A DNA stretch of 64,000 bases from an uncultured Gammaproteobacteria bacterium. GTDB taxonomy: Bacteria; Patescibacteriota; Microgenomatia; UBA8517. Position numbers and translations under genes: made by a program. Below are positions 18,434-27,403 of the stretch, in pieces. Location of the stretch: positions 74,358 to 138,357 of the forward strand of contig CAZWNZ010000001.1 in NCBI GenBank assembly GCA_964635715.1, read 5' to 3'. Numbering within the stretch: the stretch's first letter is position 1; every line of letters begins with the position of its first letter. Under the pieces are notes generated by a model. That model made no database searches. It worked only from the letters and a program-made list of their open reading frames with translations, and was not told the origin of the DNA.

Positions 18434-18769
18434 ATGTTGCTTAATAAAGTAGTGTTTCGTAATCTCTTTATAGTTGCCGGGGTACTGAGTATTCTAGATA
18501 TTATAGGTGTGCTTGTCATTAGAGATTTATTACCCCCACTATTGCCTGTATTCTATGGAAAACCTACAGGGACGGAGCAACTAGCCCCAACCTATTTTAT
18601 TTTTGTTATTCCAAGTGTATCTATTTTGATTACAGCTCTAAATTTATTTATTAATACTAATGCTAAAGACATTTTTATAAAGAAAACTTTAGCCATGGTG
18701 TCACTTGCGGTTTCTCTTATGGCAACAATAACTGTATTCAAAATTATTTTATTAGTTGGTTTTTTCTAA
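18434..18769 (+). CDS. Hypothetical 3-TM membrane protein
   Basis: LPPLLPVFYGKPTGTEQLA loop between TMs; start set at ATG 18434. Confidence 0.6.
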   Translation: MLLNKVVFRNLFIVAGVLSILDIIGVLVIRDLLPPLLPVFYGKPTGTEQLAPTYFIFVIPSVSILITALNLFINTNAKDIFIKKTLAMVSLAVSLMATITVFKIILLVGFF

Positions 18770-18770
18770 A

Positions 18771-19862
18771 ATGGATAGTTTACGAAATCTTTTTCTATTA
18801 CCCTGGATTGTCTCGGCTGTAATTGCTTTTCTAACAACTCCTCTGGCCATAAAATTTGCCAAAAGAATAGGTATTATCGATGATCCTGCAAAAAACAAAC
18901 ACCCTAAGGTAATTCACACTTACCCTATTCCGCGTGGAGGAGGTATTCCCATTTTCCTTGCACTTCTGGCATCAAGCTTAGTATTTTTACCTATTGATAA
19001 ACATCTCATAGGGATTCTGATTGGAGCCATAGTTCTGGTAATCATGGGTGTATTGGATGATAAATATAATCTCAATCCCTACTTAAGACTTATAATTGGC
19101 ATGATCGCTGCAGCAATACCGATAGCGTTCGGCATTGGAATCTCATTTATATCCAATCCAATAGGTGGAATCATTAATCTGAGTCAGCCCCAAATCAGTT
19201 TTGACTTATTTGGTCAAACTCACAGTATTTGGATCATTTCCGATTTGTTTGCAATTCTTTGGATCACTTTCCTCATGAATATCGTCAACATGGGTGCCAA
19301 AGGTGTTGACGGACAACTAAGTGGTGTTACTGTTATCGCAGCCTTGACTATCGCTTTTTTGTCGTTAAGATTTTCTGCTGACATAACCCAATGGCCTGTG
19401 ATTATTCTCGCTGCAATAACTGCAGGTGCCTACTTTGGATTTTTACCTTGGCACATATTCCCTCAAAAAATAATGCCCGGATACAGCGGAAGTACCCTGG
19501 CAGGATATTTATTAGCCATCCTTTCGATTCTTTCAACAACAAAAGTCGGGACTTTAGTTGTTGTTTTGGGTATCCCCCTTATTGACACTGGATATACAAT
19601 CATCAGACGCATTCTCAACCACAAATCTCCTGTATGGGGAGATCGGGGGCATTTACACCACAAACTTCTGGACGCTGGATTAAGTAAGACTCAGGTTGCA
19701 GTTTTTTATTGGATAATAACTGCAATTCTCGGATTTATGGCACTCAATTTGAATACTGCCAACAAGATATATACAATGGTTGGAATAGCCATGTTTTTAG
19801 GTGGCTTAATACTATGGCTGACACACAATCCCAAAAAGAAAAACTCTCAAAAGCATCCATGA
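18771..19862 (+). CDS. MraY/WecA/TagO family polyprenyl-phosphate GlcNAc-1-P transferase (GT4)
   Basis: IPRGGG, GVLDD, GVDG, GIPLIDT, DRGHLHH. Confidence 0.88.
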   Translation: MDSLRNLFLLPWIVSAVIAFLTTPLAIKFAKRIGIIDDPAKNKHPKVIHTYPIPRGGGIPIFLALLASSLVFLPIDKHLIGILIGAIVLVIMGVLDDKYNLNPYLRLIIGMIAAAIPIAFGIGISFISNPIGGIINLSQPQISFDLFGQTHSIWIISDLFAILWITFLMNIVNMGAKGVDGQLSGVTVIAALTIAFLSLRFSADITQWPVIILAAITAGAYFGFLPWHIFPQKIMPGYSGSTLAGYLLAILSILSTTKVGTLVVVLGIPLIDTGYTIIRRILNHKSPVWGDRGHLHHKLLDAGLSKTQVAVFYWIITAILGFMALNLNTANKIYTMVGIAMFLGGLILWLTHNPKKKNSQKHP

Positions 19863-20788
19863 TATTAGCGGCAATAAAAGTTGCCAGACCCGTTCATTGG
19901 ATCAAAAACCTCTCCGTTTTTGCAGCTATTTTCTTGTCAGGATATTTATTTGACACAATCCAATTTAGAAATACCGTCTGGGCTTTCATTGCTTTTTGTT
20001 TTATATCTTCAGCGGCTTATATCGTTAATGATATATTTGATAGAAAGGCAGATCGCCTTCATCCAACCAAAAAATTCAGACCGATCGCGTCAGGTGTTTT
20101 ACCTGTACCTATTGCAATACTGGAAGCAATTTTTTTTATTGTTATTTCTATATCCACCTATCACATCGGTAAGTTGGATCCGATATTTTTGACTATAATT
20201 CTTACCTATCTAATTTTACAACTATTGTATAGCTTAAAACTGAAAAACATTGCCATACTCGATATCATCATTGTTGCTACAGGCTTCATCTTGAGAGTTT
20301 ATGCCGGAGCTTTTGTAATCAACGCTCACCTTTCAGTCTGGTTCCTTCTTTGTGTAATCTCTGTTGCTTTATTCCTGGCTTCCGGCAAAAGAAGGGCTGA
20401 GCTGAATTTGATTCAGAATTCGGAAGAACTGACGAGAAAAAGCCTACGCAATTACCACAAAGATCTTTTAAACAGCTATGTAACCATGTTCGGAAATGCC
20501 TCATGGCTATCATGGTCTCTTTTTACCTTCTTTGAAAGTCCGAAAGCTTCTCTTCCTTTCTGGTTGGTACTGGCTGAGCTCTCAAAAACAACAGCTATCG
20601 GAAAACTTTTAATGCTTACCATTCCGATAACTATTTTTGGAATCATGAGGTATGAATCACTAATTTTCCAGGGAAAGAGTGAAACGCCGGAAAAACTTCT
20701 TTTAACCGACAAGGCATTAATAGCAGCAGTATTCCTTTGGGTCATAATTGTATATTGGGTACTTTATAGTGGAATAGCAGTTTTATAA
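19814..20788 (+). CDS. UbiA family prenyltransferase (decaprenyl-phosphate phosphoribosyltransferase-like)
   Basis: RPVHWIKN, YIVNDIFDRKADRLHPTKKFRPIASG, GKRRAE; start 19814 or 19859. Confidence 0.85.
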   Translation: MADTQSQKEKLSKASMILAAIKVARPVHWIKNLSVFAAIFLSGYLFDTIQFRNTVWAFIAFCFISSAAYIVNDIFDRKADRLHPTKKFRPIASGVLPVPIAILEAIFFIVISISTYHIGKLDPIFLTIILTYLILQLLYSLKLKNIAILDIIIVATGFILRVYAGAFVINAHLSVWFLLCVISVALFLASGKRRAELNLIQNSEELTRKSLRNYHKDLLNSYVTMFGNASWLSWSLFTFFESPKASLPFWLVLAELSKTTAIGKLLMLTIPITIFGIMRYESLIFQGKSETPEKLLLTDKALIAAVFLWVIIVYWVLYSGIAVL

Positions 20789-20794
20789 CAAATT

Positions 20795-21640
20795 CTACTC
20801 AAGAATGGAACTTACAGTAGCATATTTACCTGATACCCAGCCTGTTATTCCGGACGGCAAACCGGATTTTGAAGCCTGATATTGAATTTCTATCCATCCT
20901 GTTGCAACATCAGTATCCAAATAAGCAAAAGAGCTTCCCGAATCAACTTGTGCTATTTCTTCTCCATTCTCACCAGGTAAGGTGCGTACTCTCAAATATC
21001 CTGTTGGTGTATCCAGAATAGTAACTTTTTGAACAACTTTTTTGTCTAAAGCCATGGATTCTTCGGAAATTCCCTTTCCCAGCTTTACATAAAACGTTAA
21101 TCTATAACCATCAAGCGTTTTGACAGTTGATGAAAAATCAGAATAGCCTGGAGATTTTATTGTAATTGTGTGCATCGCAGGTGAGATCGTTGAAGATATG
21201 TAAGGAGAAAAACCACGCGAAACGCCGTCAATTAAAACTTGAGCATTTTCAGGCTGAGATATTGCAGCCAACCCGGCAACACCGCTACCACTCTCGTCAA
21301 AAGAAATTACATAACCTGAAGACTTGTCCTCTGTAGACGCGAAATTTCTTCCTACAGCAGTTTCTACTCCTGATATTAAAGTAATTGATGTCTCAAATGG
21401 AATGAGGTTTTCACTCGAGCCTTGCGGCACAAGTCTTAAAAGAATTTTTCCTGCGTCGTGTGTACCCTGAAATGGTGTTTCTCCAACAAGTAAATCATCT
21501 ATATAAACCGAGGCTGTTGGTGTGGTTTCTATTCTTATTCCTCCCGGTTTGGGATTTAAATAGCCTATCAGAAAAAAACCGGCTATACATAAAGCCGTTA
21601 AAGAAATCACTACAATTATGATTGTTTTTAATATCTTCAT
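20795..21640 (-). CDS. PEGA-domain protein with C-terminal SH3b-like domain
   Basis: N-terminal TM, two PEGA-like repeats (TPTASVYIDD, SQPENAQVLIDG), TPTGYLRVR...GWVSGKY; start set at ATG 21640. Confidence 0.75.
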   Translation of the reverse strand: MKILKTIIIVVISLTALCIAGFFLIGYLNPKPGGIRIETTPTASVYIDDLLVGETPFQGTHDAGKILLRLVPQGSSENLIPFETSITLISGVETAVGRNFASTEDKSSGYVISFDESGSGVAGLAAISQPENAQVLIDGVSRGFSPYISSTISPAMHTITIKSPGYSDFSSTVKTLDGYRLTFYVKLGKGISEESMALDKKVVQKVTILDTPTGYLRVRTLPGENGEEIAQVDSGSSFAYLDTDVATGWIEIQYQASKSGLPSGITGWVSGKYATVSSILE

Positions 21641-21684
21641 TAGTGAACGAGTGTAGCAAATGAATGTGTTAAAATACAAGCATT

Positions 21685-21756
21685 GGCCACGTGGTGAAGT
21701 GGAAACACGGGAGTCTGCAAAACTTCTATGCACCAGTTCGATTCTGGTCGTGGCCT
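21685..21756 (+). tRNA. tRNA-Cys (GCA)
   Basis: Acceptor GGCCACG/CGTGGCC, anticodon arm GGAGT-CTGCAAA-ACTTC, T-arm ACCAG-TTCGATT-CTGGT, U discriminator, CCA not encoded. Confidence 0.95.
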
Positions 21757-21808
21757 CTCGTAAACTCGAGTCCACTTCTTCGTCGATGCCGGACACAGCC
21801 CTGGAAAC

Positions 21809-21838
21809 TTGACTTTTAGGCTTTTCATGCTGTAGAAT
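21809..21838 (+). promoter_or_regulatory. sigma70-type promoter
   Basis: TTGACT-N18-TAGAAT upstream of structured leader and M23 gene. Confidence 0.5.
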
Positions 21839-21846
21839 TGCGACTT

Positions 21847-21870
21847 ATCCCGCATAAAGCGGGATTTTTT
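21847..21870 (+). terminator. Intrinsic terminator-like hairpin
   Basis: ATCCCGC-ATAAA-GCGGGAT followed by TTTTT. Confidence 0.65.
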
Positions 21871-21872
21871 GT

Positions 21873-21979
21873 GCTCCTGATTGGAGCCAGCCGGTCTTAA
21901 AAGACCGGTTTAGTTATATCACGGCTAGTTGAACATTTAGCCGAAAATATGACCCCTCGTGCCAGGGTAAAAATGGCAC
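21873..21979 (+). ncRNA. Putative structured cis-regulatory leader (three hairpins plus H-type pseudoknot)
   Basis: GCTCC/GGAGC; AGCCGGTC/GACCGGTT; GTTATAT..CGGCTA/TAGCCG..ATATGAC; CCCT/AGGG crossed with GTGCC/GGCAC. Confidence 0.4.
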
Positions 21980-21982
21980 ATT

Positions 21983-22663
21983 ATGAGAAAAATCAGTATT
22001 GAACTGCCAAAGTACCGCCTTCAGCTTGACATTAAAACAAAGCTAATTAAAAGGCGTAAACCTTTGTTGGAAGAACCCATTATACCCAAATCTTCCACTA
22101 TCAAAAGAAAATACAGGACGGGAAGTCATCCTGCAAAAGTAGTCAGATATCTTGTTGACCATAAAAATATAAAAAAGATTTTTGCCTCAAGCTTTGTCTT
22201 TATTACCGTTTCAACAATATTTGTCCCCCATTCTGAAAGTTTACAGGCTCAAGAGGCTGAAAATGTAGTTATAGAATCCCAAACAAATCTAGTTACCGAA
22301 AAGTCGATAACATATCCCATAGAAAAGATTGTTGTTAACCAAGGATATGGAGTTTTTCATAGAGCAATTGACTTTGGAGGAAACACAAATACTGATATCT
22401 ATCCTATTGCTAACGGAATAGTTGCTTATGCAGGCTGGGATCGTACAGGATATGGTAATCTTGTTGTGATCCAGCATAAAAATGGCATCGACTCTTACTA
22501 TGCCCATTTATCAAAAATTTATGTCTCAACAGGAGAAACTGTAACTACAAGCAGGGTAATTGGAAAAATGGGAGCCACAGGGCGTGCCACAGGAGTACAT
22601 CTTCATTTGGAAATTCACCAAAACGGAGTTTCCCTAAATCCCCTGACTGTTTTGTCGAAGTAA
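21983..22663 (+). CDS. M23 family metallopeptidase
   Basis: HRAIDF, GYGNLVVIQH, YYAHLS, GATGRATGVHLHLEI. Confidence 0.9.
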   Translation: MRKISIELPKYRLQLDIKTKLIKRRKPLLEEPIIPKSSTIKRKYRTGSHPAKVVRYLVDHKNIKKIFASSFVFITVSTIFVPHSESLQAQEAENVVIESQTNLVTEKSITYPIEKIVVNQGYGVFHRAIDFGGNTNTDIYPIANGIVAYAGWDRTGYGNLVVIQHKNGIDSYYAHLSKIYVSTGETVTTSRVIGKMGATGRATGVHLHLEIHQNGVSLNPLTVLSK

Positions 22664-22944
22664 ATATAACTCGAACAATTCTAAAGCTTTCTGTGCAACC
22701 GGATGAATACAAATCTCTTTCGCTTTCTTTAAATCCGCAGAGACGTGAATACTTTTGTTTTCCAGATTGCCAAGTTTTTTCCCCCATTTTTCGACCAGAT
22801 ATACGTGCTTACAACTAACAATATTGTCCTCCTCTTCAACAACAATTAATCCAAGTTCTTCACCTTCAATATTGGTTAGACCAAACTCTTAAAAATAATA
22901 AAAATTACACTATTTTTTGAAGTAGCTTCCTCACGTTCAACCAT
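22634..22944 (-). pseudogene. Probable NUDIX hydrolase remnant (internal deletion plus frameshift)
   Basis: ATG 22944 gives MVEREEATSKNSVIFIIFK then stop; another frame continues EFGLTNIEGEELG...HVYLVEKW...ALELF, resembling the end of a Nudix box and the C-terminal half. Confidence 0.4.
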
Positions 22945-22998
22945 ATACTGACAATTTAGCACTATTAAGCTTTATTTCAAGTGAAGATCCTGAGATAT

Positions 22999-24627
22999 CT
23001 AGTAATCCATTCCGCCCATTCCTCCGGGCGGCATCATGGGCTCTTTTTTGGGTTCGGGAATATCGGTAACTAGCCCTTCGGTTGTCAGAACCATCATGGC
23101 TACACTTGCAGCGTTTTGGAGTGCACTTCTGGTTACCTTAACAGGATCTATAATTCCCATTTTGAGCATAGATCCGAATTCTCCCGTGAGAGCGTTGTAA
23201 CCGAAATCCACATCCTTTTGTGCCAATATTTTCTTAAGAACCACATCCCCATCTTCTCCGGCATTTTTCGCAAGCCATTTAATCGGTTCCTCCAGAGTTT
23301 CCTTAACGATATCTACACCAACCTGTTCGTCTCCCTTTTCTACCCTAACACTCTTGATTACTTCCGCGGCCCTAAGAAGTGCTGTCTCACCTCCCGGAAC
23401 GATTCCCTCTTCAATTGCGGCCTTTGTTGCTCCCACCGCATCTTTAACTCTTTCTTTTTTATCATTCAGTTCTATTTCTGTAGCAGCACCCACATTAATT
23501 TGAGCAACTCCACCGGCAAGTTTTGCCAATCTTTCCTCAAACTTTTCCTTATCAAAATCTGAGTCAGAAGCTTTAATTTGACTCTTAATAGACTCAACTC
23601 TGGAATCTATAATTTTTTTGTCGCCTTTTCCTCCAATTATTCTAGCGTTGTCTTTGTCTGCCCAAACTTTATCCGCCTGTCCTAAATCAGTTATTTCGAT
23701 TGATTCAAAATTACGGCCGGTATCTTCAGAGACAACAGTTCCACCTGTAAGTATGGCTATATCCTCAAGCATCTCTTTCCTTCTGTCTCCAAAGCCGGGG
23801 GCTTTGACTGCCAAAACATTAAACGAACCCCTGAGCTTATTTACTACCAGTGTAGCCAAAGCTTCTCCTTCAATCTCATCGGCAATAATTACTAAGTTCT
23901 TAGAGACTTTTACAAATTTTTCTAAGAAAGGTAGAAGATCCTGAATTGAAGAAATCTTTTTGTCGGTTAAAAGAATGTAGGGTGATTCAATCTCAGCCTC
24001 CATTTTATCAGGATTGGTTACAAAGTAGGCAGAGGCGTATCCCTTATCAAACTCCATACCTTCTTTATATTCAATATCAATCGTCAGACCTTTTCCTTCT
24101 TCGACAGTAACAACTCCATCACGACCGACCCTGTCGAGTGCCTCAGCGATTTTTGCCCCTATTGCATCATCCCCTGCTGAAATAGTGGCCACTTGAGCAA
24201 TTTCTTCTTTTCCTTTAATCGGCTTTGCCATTCTTTTCAGTTCTGCTGTCACAGCCTCGACTGCTTTTTCCATACCCTTTTTAACAATCATGGGGTTTGC
24301 TCCTGCATCAATTTTAATCATTCCTTTTTGAGTCATCACTTGAGCGAGAAGTGTCGATGTTGTTGTTCCATCGCCTGCGTTATCGTTGGTCTTACTGGCT
24401 GCTTCTTTGACCAATTGGGCTCCCATATTCTCAAAAGGATCGGGAAGATCAATCTCCTTGGCAACACTGACTCCATCATGAACAATGTTTGGGGCTCCCC
24501 ACTTTTTATCCAAAGCTATATTGCGTCCTTTGGGACCAAGTGTTGTAACAACAGCTTTAGCAACAATATCAATTCCCTTAAGCAGGGATTCCCTGGCCTC
24601 ATTTGAAAATTTTAATTGTTTTGCCAT
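22999..24627 (-). CDS. groL: Chaperonin GroEL
   Basis: [29 protein letters not shown]-terminal tail. Confidence 0.98.
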   Translation of the reverse strand: MAKQLKFSNEARESLLKGIDIVAKAVVTTLGPKGRNIALDKKWGAPNIVHDGVSVAKEIDLPDPFENMGAQLVKEAASKTNDNAGDGTTTSTLLAQVMTQKGMIKIDAGANPMIVKKGMEKAVEAVTAELKRMAKPIKGKEEIAQVATISAGDDAIGAKIAEALDRVGRDGVVTVEEGKGLTIDIEYKEGMEFDKGYASAYFVTNPDKMEAEIESPYILLTDKKISSIQDLLPFLEKFVKVSKNLVIIADEIEGEALATLVVNKLRGSFNVLAVKAPGFGDRRKEMLEDIAILTGGTVVSEDTGRNFESIEITDLGQADKVWADKDNARIIGGKGDKKIIDSRVESIKSQIKASDSDFDKEKFEERLAKLAGGVAQINVGAATEIELNDKKERVKDAVGATKAAIEEGIVPGGETALLRAAEVIKSVRVEKGDEQVGVDIVKETLEEPIKWLAKNAGEDGDVVLKKILAQKDVDFGYNALTGEFGSMLKMGIIDPVKVTRSALQNAASVAMMVLTTEGLVTDIPEPKKEPMMPPGGMGGMDY

Positions 24628-24639
24628 ATTTGGTATTTA

Positions 24640-24936
24640 TTACTTTGTCTCAACTGCCAAAATATCTTCAAATTTAACAAACATATATTCCTTACCTTCT
24701 ATCTTTACCTTATTCCCTCCCCACTCTTTATAAAAAACAACTTCATTAAGTTTCGCGGGAGACCTCACCTCGCGGCCATCGTCAAAAATAGGCTCACCTA
24801 CTGCAATTACTTTTCCTTTCTGGGGTTTTTCGGAAGCAGTATCTGGAAGATAAATTCCGGAAGCGGTTTTGACTTCTGCCTCCAAAGGTTCAACTAAAAC
24901 GTATCCCGGAGTTGGTTTTAGATTCAGTTTTGTCAT
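24640..24936 (-). CDS. groS: Co-chaperonin GroES
   Basis: KTASGIYLPDTASEKPQKGKVIAVG, EDILA; upstream of groL. Confidence 0.97.
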   Translation of the reverse strand: MTKLNLKPTPGYVLVEPLEAEVKTASGIYLPDTASEKPQKGKVIAVGEPIFDDGREVRSPAKLNEVVFYKEWGGNKVKIEGKEYMFVKFEDILAVETK

Positions 24937-24945
24937 CGAATTTAT

Positions 24946-24973
24946 ATTTTAAAAAAATAGAGAAGGTTGTCAA
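24946..24973 (-). promoter_or_regulatory. groES promoter
   Basis: TTGACA-N16-TAAAAT on minus strand, ending 9 nt before the ATG. Confidence 0.65.
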
Positions 24974-24980
24974 CTACCAA

Positions 24981-25007
24981 TTAGCATTCCAACCTTCTGA
25001 GTGCTAT
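24981..25007. promoter_or_regulatory. CIRCE operator (HrcA binding site)
   Basis: TTAGCATTC-N9-GAGTGCTAT versus consensus TTAGCACTC-N9-GAGTGCTAA, directly upstream of groES promoter. Confidence 0.85.
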
Positions 25008-25030
25008 TTTAGGAATTATCGAAGGTGATG

Positions 25031-25879
25031 TCAATAGCCCAATTTATTAAGAATTTTTTTACTCAAATCATTGGGGTGAAAGATCGCCCTTGTCGGCCCA
25101 ACCGTCTCTCTTGTAATTTTACCTTTCATATATAAAGCCTGAAATTTGAATGCCAGGGTTTCAAGCACGTTGAATTTAAATTGTTTCGTATATTTTAAAC
25201 TATTAGTCTTGGGTTTTATTTCAATTGCGTTAGGCCAAAAATCCAATGCCCATTTATTTTCACTTAAGAAGTGTTCGTATATATGGTCTTTGTCAACCAA
25301 TGGAATTATCTGTAGAATCTCATGTGCCGTAAAAAAATTTCTTTCTTTACTCCCCCATTTGAGATTACTTTGATCAAGCCAGATATTTAGACATAGTTCA
25401 CCCCGTTCCTTTTTACCCGGTTTTCTGACCTTAAAATTCATTAATTTCAATACCATGTATGTCATAATTCTTGTTAACCATAATTTTCCTTCTTTTGTGA
25501 TAATTATCAAATCTATATCACTACCCTTACTCGCGTTTTTCATCGCAAGCGATCCTGTTATACCCACCATTTTGACTGTCGGAACCAGAGCAATTATCTT
25601 TGAGGCATTTGACGCAATCTTAATTTTTTTTTGAGAAATCCTTTCTCTTACCAAATGTTTATAAACTAATCCACTACGATTTCTGACAAAATAAAACCCA
25701 TTTTTGCAATCAACATCAACTTTTACAGTCGGCGGATTGTGGGGCGTCCATTTAATTAACTCTGGAAAATTCAAAGGGTAGTCAAAAATATTATGATAAA
25801 ACACGGAAAATGTTTCATTGGGACTTAGATCTTTACAAAACAAATCTTTTTTGTAGACAAAATCACGAAGATGAGACAT
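25031..25879 (-). CDS. Nucleotidyltransferase-domain protein
   Basis: GSLAMKN...SDIDL (GS-x-DxD Pol-beta-like motif). Confidence 0.65.
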   Translation of the reverse strand: MSHLRDFVYKKDLFCKDLSPNETFSVFYHNIFDYPLNFPELIKWTPHNPPTVKVDVDCKNGFYFVRNRSGLVYKHLVRERISQKKIKIASNASKIIALVPTVKMVGITGSLAMKNASKGSDIDLIIITKEGKLWLTRIMTYMVLKLMNFKVRKPGKKERGELCLNIWLDQSNLKWGSKERNFFTAHEILQIIPLVDKDHIYEHFLSENKWALDFWPNAIEIKPKTNSLKYTKQFKFNVLETLAFKFQALYMKGKITRETVGPTRAIFHPNDLSKKILNKLGY

Positions 25880-27348
25880 TATTTAACAGAAATTCCATAT
25901 TGCGACAGAACTTGGGATACACCTTGAGAAACTGTAGTCAAAACCTCATCTGCCGAGTCATCTCCATCAGCAACGGCATTGACAGCATCTCGGAAGTAAT
26001 TTGAAATTTGAGTGTTTATTCCGGTAGCTCCGTCAAATGTACGGCTGGCAAGATACCAGCTCTTTGCACCCGAAGCTTGACTGATCAAAGAACCTATAAT
26101 CAGATGGTCACTAAGTAGCTTGGCCATTTCGATTCTGGGGTAAGGTTCTCCAAAGGATCTTACCTTTGATTGATTTAAATAAAGCTTTTGTAAGGAATCC
26201 GATGTCGAAAGAAAGCCTAAGAAATCCCAGGCTGTAGATTTGCTTGAACTTTTTGACCAAACACCCTGAGCCCAATAGGTGGCATATGTCACGTCGGGAT
26301 CGTTGGGATTATCCTTGGAGACTTGAGGAATTGGAACGGTTTTGAAATTCAAGTTCGGATTTTTTGATTGAATTTCAAATGCTCGCCAACTAGGTGCTAT
26401 ATACATTGCTAATTTTCCGGCTGCAAAAGCCTGCGTTGACGGCGGTAAAGTTGTATCCCAAACACCGTCGCTTGATGAGAAAAGGGTAAAAAATGTCAAC
26501 GCGTCTTCAGCAATCTTTCCCTCAGGGTTAGACAAGTCTACCCCATTTTGAATCATTAAAAGTGCCAGAATTTCCTGCCAATGATCAACATTTTCCGTTC
26601 TTCCCATAGCAATCCCCGATTGAACAACAAGGCCATTTTCATCCTTTATGGTCAGCTCTTTTGCTAAACTTCTAAGGCCATCCCAGGTGGTAGGAGGTGT
26701 TTTTCCCTCCTTGTCAAAAATATCCTGATTTATATATAAGGTTAAGGCATCATATCCCAATGGAATACCGACAATGGAATTGCCATAAGAAAAATCGGAC
26801 AACATTACCGGGTAGAAATTCTTAGAATAATCGGCGGCAGTCATAACTGAAGAAGGTAAGGCATCCAAATTTGATTTCATCATCGGAACCCAGGTGTTAT
26901 GAAAGGTAAAAATATCAGGACCTTGTCCTTTTGATAGTGAATTTGCCAGTCTTTCTCTATAATCTTCCTTTGATTGCTCAACGTAGGTAATTGTTACTCC
27001 GGGATGAGATGCTTCATACTCAGAAATTAACGGTTCAACAGCAGATGAATCCTCCCAAAGACCCCACCAAATTATTTCACTCGTCTTATTTCCTTTATCT
27101 TTAAAAAAGATGCTCAAAATTGAAACAGCAATACCAATTACCAATACTAGTATTCCAACCATAATTAACACTTTTGAGAATTTTTTTCTGGTAGGAGTTT
27201 GGGGCGCCACCGGGGATGAAACAACGGGAACTTGTGTCTCTTGGGTTTGAGGAGAAACAACTTGAGTAGTATCAATTACAGGAACAGAGGATGTATCCTG
27301 TACAGGCTCCTGTGTTTTATTTCTATTAAAAATGTTTATAGGTGACAT
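25879..27348 (-). CDS. Extracellular solute-binding protein (family 1, sugar-type), membrane anchored
   Basis: TM then WWGLWE, GPDIF, LYINQDIF, PPTTWD, AFAAGKLAMY. Confidence 0.8.
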   Translation of the reverse strand: MSPINIFNRNKTQEPVQDTSSVPVIDTTQVVSPQTQETQVPVVSSPVAPQTPTRKKFSKVLIMVGILVLVIGIAVSILSIFFKDKGNKTSEIIWWGLWEDSSAVEPLISEYEASHPGVTITYVEQSKEDYRERLANSLSKGQGPDIFTFHNTWVPMMKSNLDALPSSVMTAADYSKNFYPVMLSDFSYGNSIVGIPLGYDALTLYINQDIFDKEGKTPPTTWDGLRSLAKELTIKDENGLVVQSGIAMGRTENVDHWQEILALLMIQNGVDLSNPEGKIAEDALTFFTLFSSSDGVWDTTLPPSTQAFAAGKLAMYIAPSWRAFEIQSKNPNLNFKTVPIPQVSKDNPNDPDVTYATYWAQGVWSKSSSKSTAWDFLGFLSTSDSLQKLYLNQSKVRSFGEPYPRIEMAKLLSDHLIIGSLISQASGAKSWYLASRTFDGATGINTQISNYFRDAVNAVADGDDSADEVLTTVSQGVSQVLSQYGISVK

Positions 27349-27403
27349 ATAATTATATAAAGATTAAGCGGAGTATATTTAAATGTTATCATATGCCTGA
27401 AAT

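Noticed and set aside
21641-21796. N-terminal extension of the PEGA ORF to 21796
   Set aside because: Runs antisense through tRNA-Cys; ATG 21640 directly precedes the TM anchor
21954-21979. preQ1 or SAM-II riboswitch assignment for the pseudoknot
   Set aside because: Topology is similar but I could not identify the conserved ligand-binding nucleotides, and gene context does not fit
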